From Epiperipatus broadwayi (Eukaryota > Animalia > Onychophora): DNA of 64,000 bases. The stretch spans positions 3,658,001-3,722,000 of the forward strand of contig JAQFVV010000003.1 of the NCBI GenBank assembly GCA_028023455.1, read 5' to 3'. Within the stretch, counting starts at the first letter, position 1. The number at the start of each line of letters is the position of its first letter. Positions 37,761-51,262 of this stretch are shown here, in pieces. A model generated the notes under the pieces. The model did not search any database. It worked only from the letters and a program-made list of their open reading frames with translations, and had not been told where the DNA came from. The position numbers and the translations under genes were made by a program.

Positions 37761-40700
37761 AATAATTAAAAAATATATAATAAAATAATAATTAAAAAAA
37801 TATAGAAAAATAAAAATACTTACCATTAAGCCTCCATAATGTTTTCTTCAAAATACAATGGAAAAAGTAGAACTTTTTACCGAAAGATTTTTCACACTAT
37901 ACTCTTCTCTAGTAACTATCAAAAAAATAAGAGAAAGACAAAAAAATTCAATCTACTTGATCACAAAAATTATCATAAAATTTTTATTTTTTATCATAGA
38001 AAAATAAAATTTACCTTTCTGGAAAGTAGAGAGCAAGCTGCAAACAAAGATCTAAAAAGCGTATGCGTAGCCTGCATAGATTTTCATTAATCTTAACCTC
38101 TTGCCCGCATTGTGTGGGCATAAACACTAAGAGGTTGAAAAGTCATCTTCTCTAATCACTATAATTAGTATTAACTCTGATTTTTTTTTAACATATATAA
38201 TTTTTGTGATATTAAAATTATCTATACTGTATTTTATGTTTGCATTTACACACATTTTGAAAATAATAACAATGTTTTAATTATAATATCTGAGTATACT
38301 TAAAAGTAATTTGACTTGCTCTTCATATGAACAATATTTCAATGAATAATCATTAAATTGTTTATTTGATAATTTTTAATGGACTTCCATTCTGTCATTT
38401 ATTTTTTTTATCCTTTGAAAAGTGATGAATTAGAAATTCATATATTTTTTTAACTGCTTATTTTATGCTGATAATAATTAATAGTGCTACCAAAAGATAT
38501 ACTTTAAATATAGTATTATAGAGATCAGTAAGCATACTTTTATTGCTTATTATATTTATGTAACTTCATCTAAATATCATTTGTTTACTGTGAAATATTT
38601 TTTTCTTATTGTATTAATTGTAAAAACTAATTAAAGAAAATCAATTTTAAATTATATTCCCAAATTTAAAATAGTAAAATTTATCATTTTTTAAAACTTA
38701 GATTAAAAAAAAAAACATCATTTGTTTACTTTTCTATTTAAAGAATTGCCAACAAAGTTTTATTGATAAATTTAAAAGAATATCAAAAACCAAAAGAAGA
38801 AAGACTATTTTTATTAATGTAACAATATTTTAAAGTAAAAAATTATGATTTTTTTAAATTGTTGAAAAATAATATAACTTTTAAAAATAATCTATTATTT
38901 TCACAGTACTCTCACAAAATTATTTCGATATTCTTCTATTAGTGTATTGAAAATGCTTGATGGTGTTGTTTCTATCAAAACGCACATAAATATAACATTA
39001 CCAGGCCCACCACCTTATTTGTGAAATAAGAATAAGAATAATTTATGGAGGGGGGGGGGGTAACGTAATTCACATTTATTTTCCTTAATAAATTACTATA
39101 ATTTTTTTTACAATGTTCTTTTTTTTTTGTCTCTGAATATAACTATACAGAAATTTTTTTGACACTCAGACATTTTATCACACGGGTTAACGTAATTCAT
39201 TGATTGATTTCCTTTATAAATTACTGTCAAATTTCATCATTAACAATTTTACGATGATCAATTGAAACCTTTAACAAGTGCCTACAAATTTCAGATTACC
39301 CCTGCTGCAATGTAGGTGGGAGATGGTATGCCTTTTCACATCTGCATCACTTAAAATTCATCAATTAACAAATGTTCTTTCAAATATTATACTCTAGTCG
39401 AATTCCCCGTGTACATCAGCGCTTGGCGCCAAACCAACAAAATCATCCCATCCCCCCCCAGCCCGCAAACTTTAAAAAATCTACTATCATTACTTGACAG
39501 ATAACTGACTACATCGTGGTAGAAGAAATGAGAATGCTTTAATTACTGAACTGTATTTGACTTCTTTTCTTTTTGGTAATTTTTGGACAAAAAATCCAAA
39601 AATGAATCTTTATTTATTCTGAGAGCTATCTTTGAAAGTAGATGTGACTAAGGTATGGTGGATAACATTAATGTCACACCTATTAATAATGATTAATAAT
39701 TTCCAATTTGATTGTTCTGTCCCTTTTTTTATAGTTTTTTAAGATTAAGAAATGTCTTCTTTTTACAATTTCTTTTGGTCTCTATATAACTATGAGAAAT
39801 TGTATCGTTTGACATTTTAATTCTCACGTGAACTGTGACTTTTTTCGGGAAAACAATGAAATTGTGGTTTCCTGTAACTTGTTGGGTTCGGAAGCGGGCT
39901 AATGGGCTTATAATTATTACTTTTTAATAATACATTAGGTAAGTTATACCGTATTTATTTTTGAATGTAGATTGCAATAGTTCTGCAAATTTAAATCCAC
40001 CCATCATGAAATGGTACAGTAGTGAAGTGTTAACATTGCTAATAGATAGGATTGTGTGCACTCGCACAAACTGCGCAAGAAATTGCGAATAGATAGGATT
40101 GTGTACTCTCGCCAAAACTGTGCAAGACAAAGCAAGCCATTAGTTACAACAGAAAAAAAAAAGTTGTGGCTATTTGGTTTACCAGTGGCCCACTAAACGG
40201 CATGTTTATATACGTTTCACCTCCATCAAGCAGTTTCAAAACGCTAATAGAAAAATACCATTATTTCTCTTATGAAATCATTAATCCTAGGTCTCTGTAA
40301 CAAAATTTTGAGGAATCCTTCAATTTTCATGACTCCAAATTCTAATATTTTTAAAATGAGTTTGGATTATTTTATTTAATATTTATTATTCTTGAATACA
40401 CTCACATTTAATATATATTTAAAATAAAATTAAAGAATAAACACATTTTTGTAAATATCTACAATTTAATAGGTCTAAGCAATGTGAATACCATGCTTCT
40501 ATTTTGTCTTTTAATGAAATTGGGAGAGCTGGAGTTATCAGATGACTTGAACTTTACAAGACTAATAAATAGTTAAAAATAGAGATCAGAACTGGAAGCA
40601 GTGATTCACTCTTTATTCCAGAGACATCTATTGTAAGTTTGCCATAATTGGTACTAAAATAGAATTAATTACTGCTATTAATGTAGGTGTTGAAAGTAAT

Positions 40701-40766
40701 AAGCCAGAGAAGATAAAGGGGAAACATCTAAGTAACCCTTTTTTAAAAAAAAAAAAAAACTATATA

Positions 40767-40860
40767 AAAATAAGTATAATTAGAGGGGATTTGAACATTG
40801 ACTTTCAAGCTCCCTTCAGCTATCCACTCCATCTTATATAATAAATATATATGACCACAT
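40767..40860. repeat. Partial copy (one arm) of the 42598-42840 MITE family
   Basis: GAGGGGATTTGAACATTGACTTTCAAGCTCCCTTCAGCTATCCACTCCATCTTA matches the arm sequence. Confidence 0.8.
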
Positions 40861-41216
40861 ATATGTGAAAAAGATAAATGATTGCTACTATATGTATTGC
40901 ATACTGAACCAGCACTCATCAGTTGGTCCATATCATCATCTTCCACACATACATATAATCAGTACTCAGTTTATGTTAAGTTAGCAAATCTTCAAACTTT
41001 ACTGGATAAGCTTTGATCTTCGCCCTCCAACTTTTCAGCTATCTATTGTACTGTTTATTTATATATGGTACAAATATATTGGCATTTGATAAAAGCTAAA
41101 AGAAAAAGTAAATTTAGCGATCTTATTAAAAGATGCAATCAAAAATTTTTTTAGTTTGTTTTAATTTTTTTTTAAATGTACAATGAAAGTTACATTTTTC
41201 GTTCATATTTTTTTTA

Positions 41217-42529
41217 TGTAATTAAAAATAAAAGTTAAAATTGGAAAAAATAAAAGACACACAGATTACTAATCCGGATAAACTAAAGGAAAGAGAATTC
41301 CACATGCAGATTACAATCAGTAAAACCTTTTTGGAAGCTAATTAAAGATGGCAGAATTATGTTTTAAAAAAAGACTTTATAACTAAAATTTAAGAAGGAA
41401 GGTACAAGATTATTATCTTGTATGTTGATAAAAGGACAAAAGAAAATATGCGCAGAAGTCTGAAAACCGGACCTCTAGTATAAAATGAAGAATACCAGTG
41501 TGATCAGGGTTTTGTCCATTTTTCTTTTGGCTGGTCCTGGATCACGAAATCCAGGACCACTCTACACTGAAATAATTCTTCATGCTGGAATGGATCGAAG
41601 CTTGTGACATCATTCATCATGAAGACCGTCAACCCCAGAAAAGCTTTCGTGACTAGCCTTTAGAACCAGGATCAAGAACAAATTAAAACTAATGGCCACA
41701 AGCTCATTCTACCTCATAAAAAAACCATGCATGGTAATCAACCATCTACCGAAATTTGCTACACTTACCAGTAAGCTGTGATTAATTATTCCCAATTATG
41801 ACTAAAATTAAGCTTATAATATAAACCTGATAGAGACATTAATTTTCTCATTGAAGAGATTCATTTTGAAGAACTTTCTAGAAAAAATTTGGAAGTGAAC
41901 TGTAATTGTTTAACTGTTTTTTTAATTAATTGATTTATGTCTGGATTAGCGTGTGTGCATTCTTTCCAACTTATTAGTAATTTATCTTTAAATATTTTAA
42001 TTTGTTAGAATAAAATATTTATTTCTAATATCAACTTTTCATTGTGCGTTATTAATGATAGTTATTAAATTTATTAATGTTTAGTTTATTAGCATTCGAG
42101 TGTATAATTTACCTTTGCCAATATTTGATGACTAAGCTCCAGGAATAATATTCTCTAAAAAAATAAAGTTACCTGAAAGCATAATGCCTATCTTTTACTT
42201 ACATGCGTCAAAATTATGGGTTACGAGGAAGTTAGGAGTCTATTGACTATGGCATCCTCTTATAAATTAAAACTAACTTTGTCGGCAATCCCAGCCGTAA
42301 TAATTAGTAGGCCAGTTAATCAGGAAATATACCTATGTTTTTGGAAATAGGAACAAGATATTTCTTATCCATAGCTTGATTAACTTTCACTTTATAGTGT
42401 GTAAAAAAAAAGCTCTACCAGAACTAATCAAAATTATTGAAAATCTGATGATGGAATGCTCAAAGCCTTTGATGATGCCAATATTGTTGTCATATCTATG
42501 TTGACTTTAAGTCACTCTGACCCCTCACA
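41217..42529 (+). mobile_element. Possible solo LTR (about 1.3 kb)
   Basis: TGTAAT...CTCACA termini; flanks TTTA/TATA. TATAAA near 41479 is followed by a GC-richer block containing a GGTCCTGGAT/ATCCAGGACC hairpin. Confidence 0.35.
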
Positions 42530-42597
42530 TATAGGACCTTAGTATGTCCATTTAAATATATAGAAGAGGCATGGATAGAATTCAGACTGAATCTGCA

Positions 42598-42840
42598 ATA
42601 TTTGAATACAAGTATATTGTGTATACTGAACTTTAGATGTATTTAAAGGGGATTTGAACACATAGTTTCAAGTTTCCTTCAGCTATCACTCCATCTTACA
42701 TAACTGACACACAACTGTGTGGTCATTTGTATTGGTTATATAATATGGAGTGGATAGCTGAAGAGAGCTTGAAAGTCTGTGTTCAAATCCTCTCTAATTA
42801 TAACTAAAGTACAGTATACATTATACTTGTATTCAAAAAT
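42598..42840. mobile_element. Fold-back MITE-like element with arms of about 110 bp
   Basis: TTTGAATACAAGTATA...GGGATTTGAACAC...TTCAGCTATCACTCCAT is mirrored by ATGGAGTGGATAGCTGAA...GTGTTCAAATCC...TATACTTGTATTCAAA. Confidence 0.85.
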
Positions 42841-43700
42841 AAATATACCATTTGTTTTTTCTCTACATTATCACCATCTATTGCAAATTTAAGTAATCAC
42901 TGTTGATATTGCAATTTAATTTCCAGAACAGTTCTGGTTTTTTGTTTTATCAATGAGATCTTGGGATCCAAAACTAATATTAATGCAGTTATGCACTTGT
43001 AGTTATTTTTAATTTCTTTTTTACTGTCAAGATAATAGTCTGAAATTTAACAAACCTAAAATTTTGAACTCAAGCCAATGTACATTGATTTCATTTGAAT
43101 TGTACATTTTTGTTGATAAAGGCAGAAGTTAGAAATCATTCTGTAGGGGGGAGGTGTTAGATTGCATTAATATGTACTAAAGTAGAGAAAGCTGATTCTG
43201 TATCTTTTTGTTTGCTGCAATAAACTAAAAGAATTAAGTGATGTTGTATTGCTTTTACCAAATATATATCTCGAGCATCTTTTAAATTTAAAGCTTACTA
43301 ATAAGGCTGCTTTAAAAGCAAAGGAAGTTTATAAGGAGTAGAAGATATGTCACTGAGTTGTTCATAAATCAGAAAGACTCTTGAGCCAATAATGCTGAAT
43401 TAACAATTCTGATCTGAATTCTATATTACTGAAAAATATCTAGTACATTAGAAGTGTAAAAGCATAAGAATAATTTATTTTTTTTAAAAATAAGGATAAT
43501 AGAAGAAAAAATTAATTTAATTAATAAAATTATGACATTCAAAATGCATATGGATGAGCAGTAAAATTTTAGTAATGGTTAAGGGTGTTTTAAATTATTT
43601 ATGTTTGTGATAATGAGTGAAAGATTTATATAGTTATCTAATTTAAAATTGTGTTTATTGAAGCATCGTGATTTTTTTTTTTTTGTTTGTATTGTTAAAG

Positions 43701-43788
43701 GTTACATGCAGTAACAACAAACAATGGCAGGTTCGTCTTGCTTACAAAGCTTCACCAACTGACACATACACTACAATATTAGTTCCTG
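43701..43788 (+). CDS. Host gene coding exon C: VTCSNNKQWQVRLAYKASPTDTYTTILVP(A)
   Basis: Poly-T/ttaaag acceptor and CCTG|gtaagt donor; 88 nt, phase 0/1. Phase fits exon B upstream (30,180-bp intron) and exon D downstream. Confidence 0.85.
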
Positions 43789-46700
43789 GTAAGTGATTTC
43801 ATTTATTTATTTAATTTTCGTTATAACTATTATAAAGTTAACCTAATTAATATCAGCTTTTAATTTTGTCTATTTAATTTTAGGAAATAAAAAAATATAT
43901 AGTAATAATACTCTTTTTTTTTAATGTACATTAAGAATTTCCATTCCTATAATTTTTAATTAGAATTTTTGTTGCTGTTTTTATAATTTGTTATTTTAAA
44001 TAATTTTATGTCCAGACATTTTCTATTGTTTGCAGTTAATTGGTTCTATAAGGAGAAACATGATGTTGAATTTATGAATAACAGGAAAATAATTTAATTA
44101 TGTTAATTGGAATACAGTTCAATACAGCTGCATTCTCTACTTTTATATATTAATGCATATTGAACAAATAATTAAAACAGCCATATTGTAAATAAACATT
44201 TGTCTATCAAGCTAAAAATAAAAAAGTTGCAGTATACTTTAATATGATATATTCTTGCATTAAATATTAATTGTTTTAATTGATTTGAATAGGATTTGAT
44301 AGTAATTATCAGCCTGGGAATGATAGCTATCGATATCTAGCAGATGAAACTTTTCAGATATGGGTATTTCAAAGACTTGATGAAATCTTTTTTTATTTTT
44401 CGATCTAATAGTCCTTTAAATGATTTTTATTAATATACCATATATAAAACAGCTTTGATAAATGGTTAGCACATCTATCAGCTATTCCCATGACATGGGA
44501 CATGTTTAAACTGGAAGACAGGGATCCAATAGTGGAAAATGAATATCTAACTTTTTTTTTTTTAACTGGAAAATAAAGTTCATGTTAATCTTTGATTGTT
44601 TGTTTAATGATAATGCACTGACTGTAAAATAGAAATAGATGATGTTGTGTTCACTATCATTGATGGTGTGTCATATTTCTGCATATGATTCCATGGTTGT
44701 TTTTTACCTTGAGATATACAAATATATTGGGACCATATATATTTCTAAATTTTTACATAAAAAGAAACATTAAAAAAAAGTAAATACTTGCAATAAAACT
44801 ATATCTTAATTTATGATGTAAGTTTTTTTTTTTTTTGACCTGTTTAGTTTATTTTGAACATTTTAAATGATTAAGGAAAACAGAATATAAATCTCAATAT
44901 TATTTGGGGGATAGAGGTGGTATTCAAAGATTTAAAAATGTATTCAGAATAGTTAGTAATACTATTAGTCATTTTGAGATTTATTGATTTGAAAGTAGAG
45001 GCAAGAGAAGAGAGAACTACGTCTTTGATTTTCTGAAATTTTACTAAAGATTTTTTATTTTTATTTTTAATAATATTTGTGTTAGGAAATTTTTAAACAA
45101 TATACTCTGTGTATTTGGTGAAAACTATTTGAAATGGTAGTGCAATTAAGTTTTTTTTTTGAAAGAAAGTTTGGCCTGCTTTATTTTAAAATCAACCAAT
45201 AATTTTTTTATTTAATTGCAGTGAATGCTTGTTGCATCATATATGCATGCATCATTTTTTCATGTTCATTGACTCTTCTTTGGTTTGAAATCAAAATCTT
45301 AGGAATATATTATTTTTTTAATAGATCCATTATTTTTTAAACTCATTTTTTAAAATCTATCATTGACATATCAGGATCTTGATGCATTATTTTTTTGCAT
45401 GGATATATATTAGTTTGAAATGACATTTTAAATATTTTATTAAAAATATAATTGTAACAATTATAAGCAAGACAGAACTTTTTTTTACTATCCTTTATAT
45501 TAGTATTAAATTCATTCCCAATCGTTGTTTGTTTGTTACTCATTAAAACAGTAACAACTCTCTCCATACAGTAGTGCCAACCAATGCAAGCCATAGTAAT
45601 TGATGGCTGCTAGAAAGTTTATGCATCAAAATTTCTATTTAGTGCCTACTCATGCAATATTTTCAGACTAGTTTCTATCTTGTGGCCTTCATCACTGAGA
45701 AACCTTGGTTCTGAGATCGATACACCTAGGTTTTTGAATCTAATGCAATCTCCAACAGTCACTTTCTAGTTAACTATAAAGCTATAAGTCAAAAATGAAA
45801 ACACAATGATATTTTCAATTTGAGTTTATTCACTTGTATAGTCATACAGATCTGAATCCAATTCGGTATCTATACATTTTGGTGTCTTCTCTTAATAACC
45901 ATGGTCATAAGCTAGAAACTAATTTGGGGATATTGGATGAATAAGCATTAAATAGGAATTTTGATGTACAAATGTTCTAGTATTCATTGATTACTCTGGC
46001 TTGCACAGGGTGATGGAGAGAATTACTACTGCTTTAACAGCTTGTGTAATGCAAGAAATGGTGATAATATGGTGTTTTGATGATTTTGTTATTTTTTTTT
46101 TTTTTTTAAAGAAATTTTTTTTTTTTTCTATAATGTTTTTTTTTTAATTAAAAGATTTACATTTCAAAAATCTTTACATTTTCACAAATTAACTGAGATA
46201 TAAAATCTGTCCAAAACAAATAAATATCAATTTAATTTTTTTTTATTAATAAAATGATTAAATGAAATTTCTTGTTAAAAAAATTATATTATTTAATCTC
46301 TATAATAATATTAATTCTGATTTTTTTTTAAAAAAAAAAATATGTAATTATTATGATATTAAAATTATGTATGTTGTATTTTATTTATGCATTCACTTTG
46401 CAGATAATGTTTTGAATTATAATATCGAAGTTGATTTAAAACTAGTGATTAGACATAAAATATTTTAGCAACCAATTATTAAATGATTTTTTATCTGTAA
46501 TTTTTAATAAGCTTCAATTCTATTGTTATTTCATATATTTTGTTTATTTTCTCCAGTCCTTGAAAAACAATGAATTAAGAATTGACTATACATGACAATA
46601 ATCTTATGAAAATACTAAAATAAGTAGCTGACTAGATCACAAAATACCTTCCTCAAAATCTGCACTTTAACACAATTGCTGTTATGTATTTAGAATGAAT

Positions 46701-47032
46701 TAGAAAGATTTTATTTTTATTTATTTAAAATTTGTAATAATAAATCCTACTGTAATTGGTAAATCTCTATTGCATTACTATAACTGAATTTTTATTTAAG
46801 ATATTGCATTACTATAACTAAATTTTTATTTAAGAGTATTCAAAAGAACATAAATTTAATTTGTAAAATTCCACGATTATTTAACATTTTATTTGTGATA
46901 ATTGATTAATCAAGAGTTGTACAAGAGCAAATCTCCTATATTTCTATTTATATAAAATTAATATTAGAAATTCAAAATATATTTTCATTTATTTTATTTT
47001 TTTAAGTTATTCGTTTATTGTTTTATTTATAG

Positions 47033-47163
47033 CTAGTCCTGTTGGCCAAAAAACCCAACCCTATCTTATTAACTCATCACAGAAACATCAGAAGTTATTT
47101 CTTCCTAAATTTATTAATGTCGATTACATTTTAAAATACGATACTTCGCAGAATGTGATTGAG
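47033..47163 (+). CDS. Host gene coding exon D: (A)SPVGQKTQPYLINSSQKHQKLFLPKFINVDYILKYDTSQNVIE
   Basis: ttttatttatag acceptor and GAG|gtaat donor; 131 nt; G|CT completes an Ala codon with exon C. Confidence 0.85.
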
Positions 47164-50100
47164 GTAATTTTTTTTTTCTGATAGTTTTTTCTTAATTTTA
47201 AGTAATTTAAATGTAACAAATACCCCCACACATATATATATATATTTTATTTGCTTATATTATTTATTTGTTTTATTCATAAGGCAAAATATTTATCATT
47301 TGGATGATTGTATTCTAATATCCGAAAGTAAAGTAAGTATCTTCTATTTTAAGCATCTATAATTCTGGCTCTTCTAAATTTGTGATTTAATATTAAAAGA
47401 TCTAATCGTGAACAGCAGTATTTAAAATTGAAATTAATGGATTTGGGTTTTTTTTTATAGTTAACAGTTTTAAATAAATTTAAAACAATTTTATTTTCAA
47501 ATGACATTATAATAGAAAACTTCAATTCCTCACATTATAAGTTTTTTCCAAATTTGTTTTTACATTTATATTAAGACTAGTAATCCAATGCACTGCATTG
47601 TTCTATTGCCATCTTTTCTCAGCATGAATAATCTATAGATACCAATTGATATCTGGTTTTGCACTATCATCTAATGGTCATTGATTATTCATGCAATCTT
47701 GATGACTCTAAAATAAAGTGATAGAATGGATTATTACTCTTAAAGCAGTTGTTAACTGTAAACTAAAAGAATTATGTGTTAGTTTATTTTTATTATACTT
47801 ATTTATATATGTCAAGAATGAATCCTCTAGAATTGTGGACAATAACATTTTTTTATCCTGGGTCACTTTCTATATCGGATATTTTACATCTTGTTTGTGG
47901 TTCAAATAAACATATCAATAAAGTGATGTTTACTAACAATATATATATATGTCTATAGAGAATGAAAAATGATTAGTTTTTTTTATAATATAAACTCAGT
48001 TACAAAAAATACCAAAAACACTTTACTAGAAAAGCATTGTATTCTTTTATCAAATTGATTCAAAACAAAAACACAAAACAATAGAAACTTCCTTGGTACT
48101 ATTTTTGCCTCCATAAAGTCAGATAAGAGTAAGTTGATATTTTTATACAAACACAAGATTTTAAATTGTTACGTGTCAATTGATTTCTTAATGGAGTTAA
48201 AATGTGATTTATATGGGAAAAGATTTTTTTTTTTTTTCATTATTAAAATTTGTTCAGAAAAGAGATGCTGCTTAGCATCTTAGCATAATTTAGTTTAATT
48301 TATTTATTTGCAATTTTTTTCAATTCCTTTCTGCATTTCATTGAATTTATTATTCTAAATTAAAGAACTTTTAAATCTAATTAATTCCATTTCCAGATTG
48401 TAAGATTTCAAGAAAATAAAAATAGCATATCATTTGCATAACTTTATTTTTATCAAAATTTTGTGGATCAATGATAAAATTTTGTCAGAATAAAATTAAT
48501 ACATTTGCTAGAATAAATAATTTTTAATAAAGTTAGTTTATTTTTAGAAGTTTACCAATTCAATAAAAAATTGTACTTTTTTAGGAAAGAAATAGCTGTT
48601 TATCTCAAATGCAGTTTCAGATCACTAAGTGACTTGCAGGCTATAGATTCCCAACTGCTGTTCTAGAATAATAAATTGATTTGAATTTTTGCTGATATGA
48701 CTATAAGCACTAATACTTAACATCAGACTTTTCCACTTTATTTTAATTGGAAGCTAATAACATCTATTTTCAATTCTATAAACTATAGATAAGTGTTGAA
48801 TGAACCAGTTCTTTCACACCAGTTTTGGTTTTTAGCATTCCTTTTTCTGATAAAGTGCTGTAGATGGGCATCAAGGCAAAAATCTGTGACAGCCACTTGT
48901 TTTCATTGCATTGTAATGTCCATTGATTAGTTTAAAGCATATATTGAGTCTTTACCAGAAAGAGGCTATCAATCCAAAAAACAATGTCTGATTTTACTGT
49001 CATTTAATGTATATTTTCTTGAATTGAAGAGAGATTTCACAAATCTATAAAAGATGTTGAGAGTTTTTAACAAAAGTATTAATTATTTTTAATTGGAAAT
49101 GATTAATAATTATTTTATTTAAATAAATATGTTTATAATAAAGAATGCTTCTTTAAAAGACTTTTGATTTAGAATATGATCTTTGGAAATATCTTTTGAA
49201 GTATGCACATCTATATAAATCCAATTTATCCAAATCACTTTGAACACTATATGATTTAACATCTATATGGTTTAATATAGTGATAGAATGATAAACTCAA
49301 GAATTAAAGATTTTTGGATAAAAGTACAATCTGTTACTTCAATTGTTCAAAGATTCTATGACTTAAACAACTAAGCAATCGATCATATAATATATGCATA
49401 GTTAATTATAAAACCAAATATTCATTGATGAGATAATCAGCTGCAGTTTTCTCATTAATGATGTTGATTGTGTTACATTTTTTAAACTTTGTCACAGGGC
49501 AAATAAAAAAAATATTTTTTTTTAAAATACTAAAGGGGTGTGTGTGTGTGTGTGTAAAAAGGTCAGAAACGGTTAGCTGAGATTAGATAAATAATTAGTA
49601 AGGTTCAACTTTATAACAGAATATAGTTTTTGAAATTAGATGCTAGATAAATTATGTTAAAAGAGTGTCAGGTAATGGCAAACTAGCACTTATGATGATC
49701 AATTGTTATTGCTTGATTATAGTAAAGATGTTGGTACCTCAGTTTTCCATATAGATTTAAAATATATACATTTATATATGAGTATCCAATTGAGGATTAA
49801 ATATGAATACATTTATAATATAGATACTTACAAATTTAAATAATAATAAGTCAATGTAATTGAAATTAAAATAGAAGCTACTATAAACCACAAAGAACTA
49901 TATATAAACTAATACAAACCCGTCAATAAATGCAAAAGTACAGAATGGACCCATGTCTGTGTTCTAACACATCAATAAATTGAATGTTTAAATATGATTT
50001 GAGCTAAAGTACAAGTTGATCTACTTTGTACTTTCTCATTTATTGATGGGTTTATTTTAATTTATATGTAGCTAGCTGGGAGTTTACAATAGACTTCACT

Positions 50101-50399
50101 TTAATTTAATATAGATATTTAATATGAAATAAACATCAATTGTTTTTATATTTATTAAGCTTCTGTTATAATTACCTATCAAAAATTATTTAGAACCATT
50201 ATTTAGAAGTCATAAAAATAATAAGTTAAGTATATTTTTTATATGTATATAGTTACTGTAAAAATAAGAAGAGTGGGATTTAAGCCTTAGCACAAGTGAT
50301 GCATTAAATCTTTATTTGCTTTCATTACAATTTTTAAATAATTAGTTATAGGAGTTTGATAATCTTAATAAAAAAAGATTTATAATATATATGTATGTG

Positions 50400-51000
50400 T
50401 AATCAAAATTATTCCAAATTCACAATTCAACCAGACTAACCAAGAAAATAAATTATAAAATATTACCAATGGTTTCACTGCTACAAGCAGACTTCTCAAG
50501 TGTTAAGAACTATAAAATAACAACATATTTAAACTAAAACATTAACCACAATTCCACTTACCTCCCATCCACCCTTAATATTAGAATTTTTAAATAAGTT
50601 AACTGCTTCAGAATCATAAATTTTTAATAATAAAGATTCCTTAATTTTTCATTTAATTTCATTTCTCTCAAAGAAGACAATCTTAGCTTCATCAAAATTA
50701 ATAATATAGCTTTATCTTTTACATGGATATATAAGGCAGAACTAAGATATTTATTTCTAACCCTATTTTTATGTACCTTTATGATTCTGAAGAAGTTATC
50801 TTATTTAAAAGCTCTTTTAATATTAAGGGTGGATGGGAGATAAGTGGAATTATGGGTAATGTTTTAGTTTAAATATGTTGTTATTTTGTAATTCTTTACA
50901 CTTGAGAAGTCTTCTTGTAGCAGTGAAACTATTGGTAGTGTTTTAGAGTTTATTTTCTTAGCTAGTCTAGTTGAGTTGTGAATTTGAGTAATTTTGATTA
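50400..51000. mobile_element. Fold-back MITE-like element with terminal inverted repeats of about 200 bp
   Basis: 50400-50598 is the diverged reverse complement of 50801-51000 (e.g. CCCATCCACCCTTAATATT / AATATTAAGGGTGGATGGG). TA at both ends suggests the Tc1/mariner type (inference). Confidence 0.85.
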
Positions 51001-51088
51001 TTTATTAACTAGTTTAGCTTTATGCTTGTAATGTTTATATATATATGTGTATATTTAAATAATTATTTATATTTTATTTCTTTTATAG

Positions 51089-51262
51089 ATTCAGTATTAT
51101 GGCTGTGTATCATCAGTTTCTGAAAGAATGAGGGTAATCTCAGGTATTCATGATATCATTCTGACTGATAAACTTGTCTTTGTTCTACAAAGATCAGCAT
51201 CTCAGGGAGATCGATGTATTCTTTTATCCACAATAAGATCATATATACGGGAAAGGCATAAG
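51089..51262 (+). CDS. Host gene coding exon E: IQYYGCVSSVSERMRVISGIHDIILTDKLVFVLQRSASQGDRCILLSTIRSYIRERHK
   Basis: ttttatttcttttatag acceptor and AAG|gtaaa donor; 174 nt open, phase 0/0; overlaps ORF 51128-51325. Confidence 0.9.

Noticed and set aside
45560-46020. Short diverged inverted repeats (about 45560-45606 and 45984-46020) around LINE-like sequence
   Set aside because: Arms are short and gapped and no target duplication is visible; not enough to define an element.
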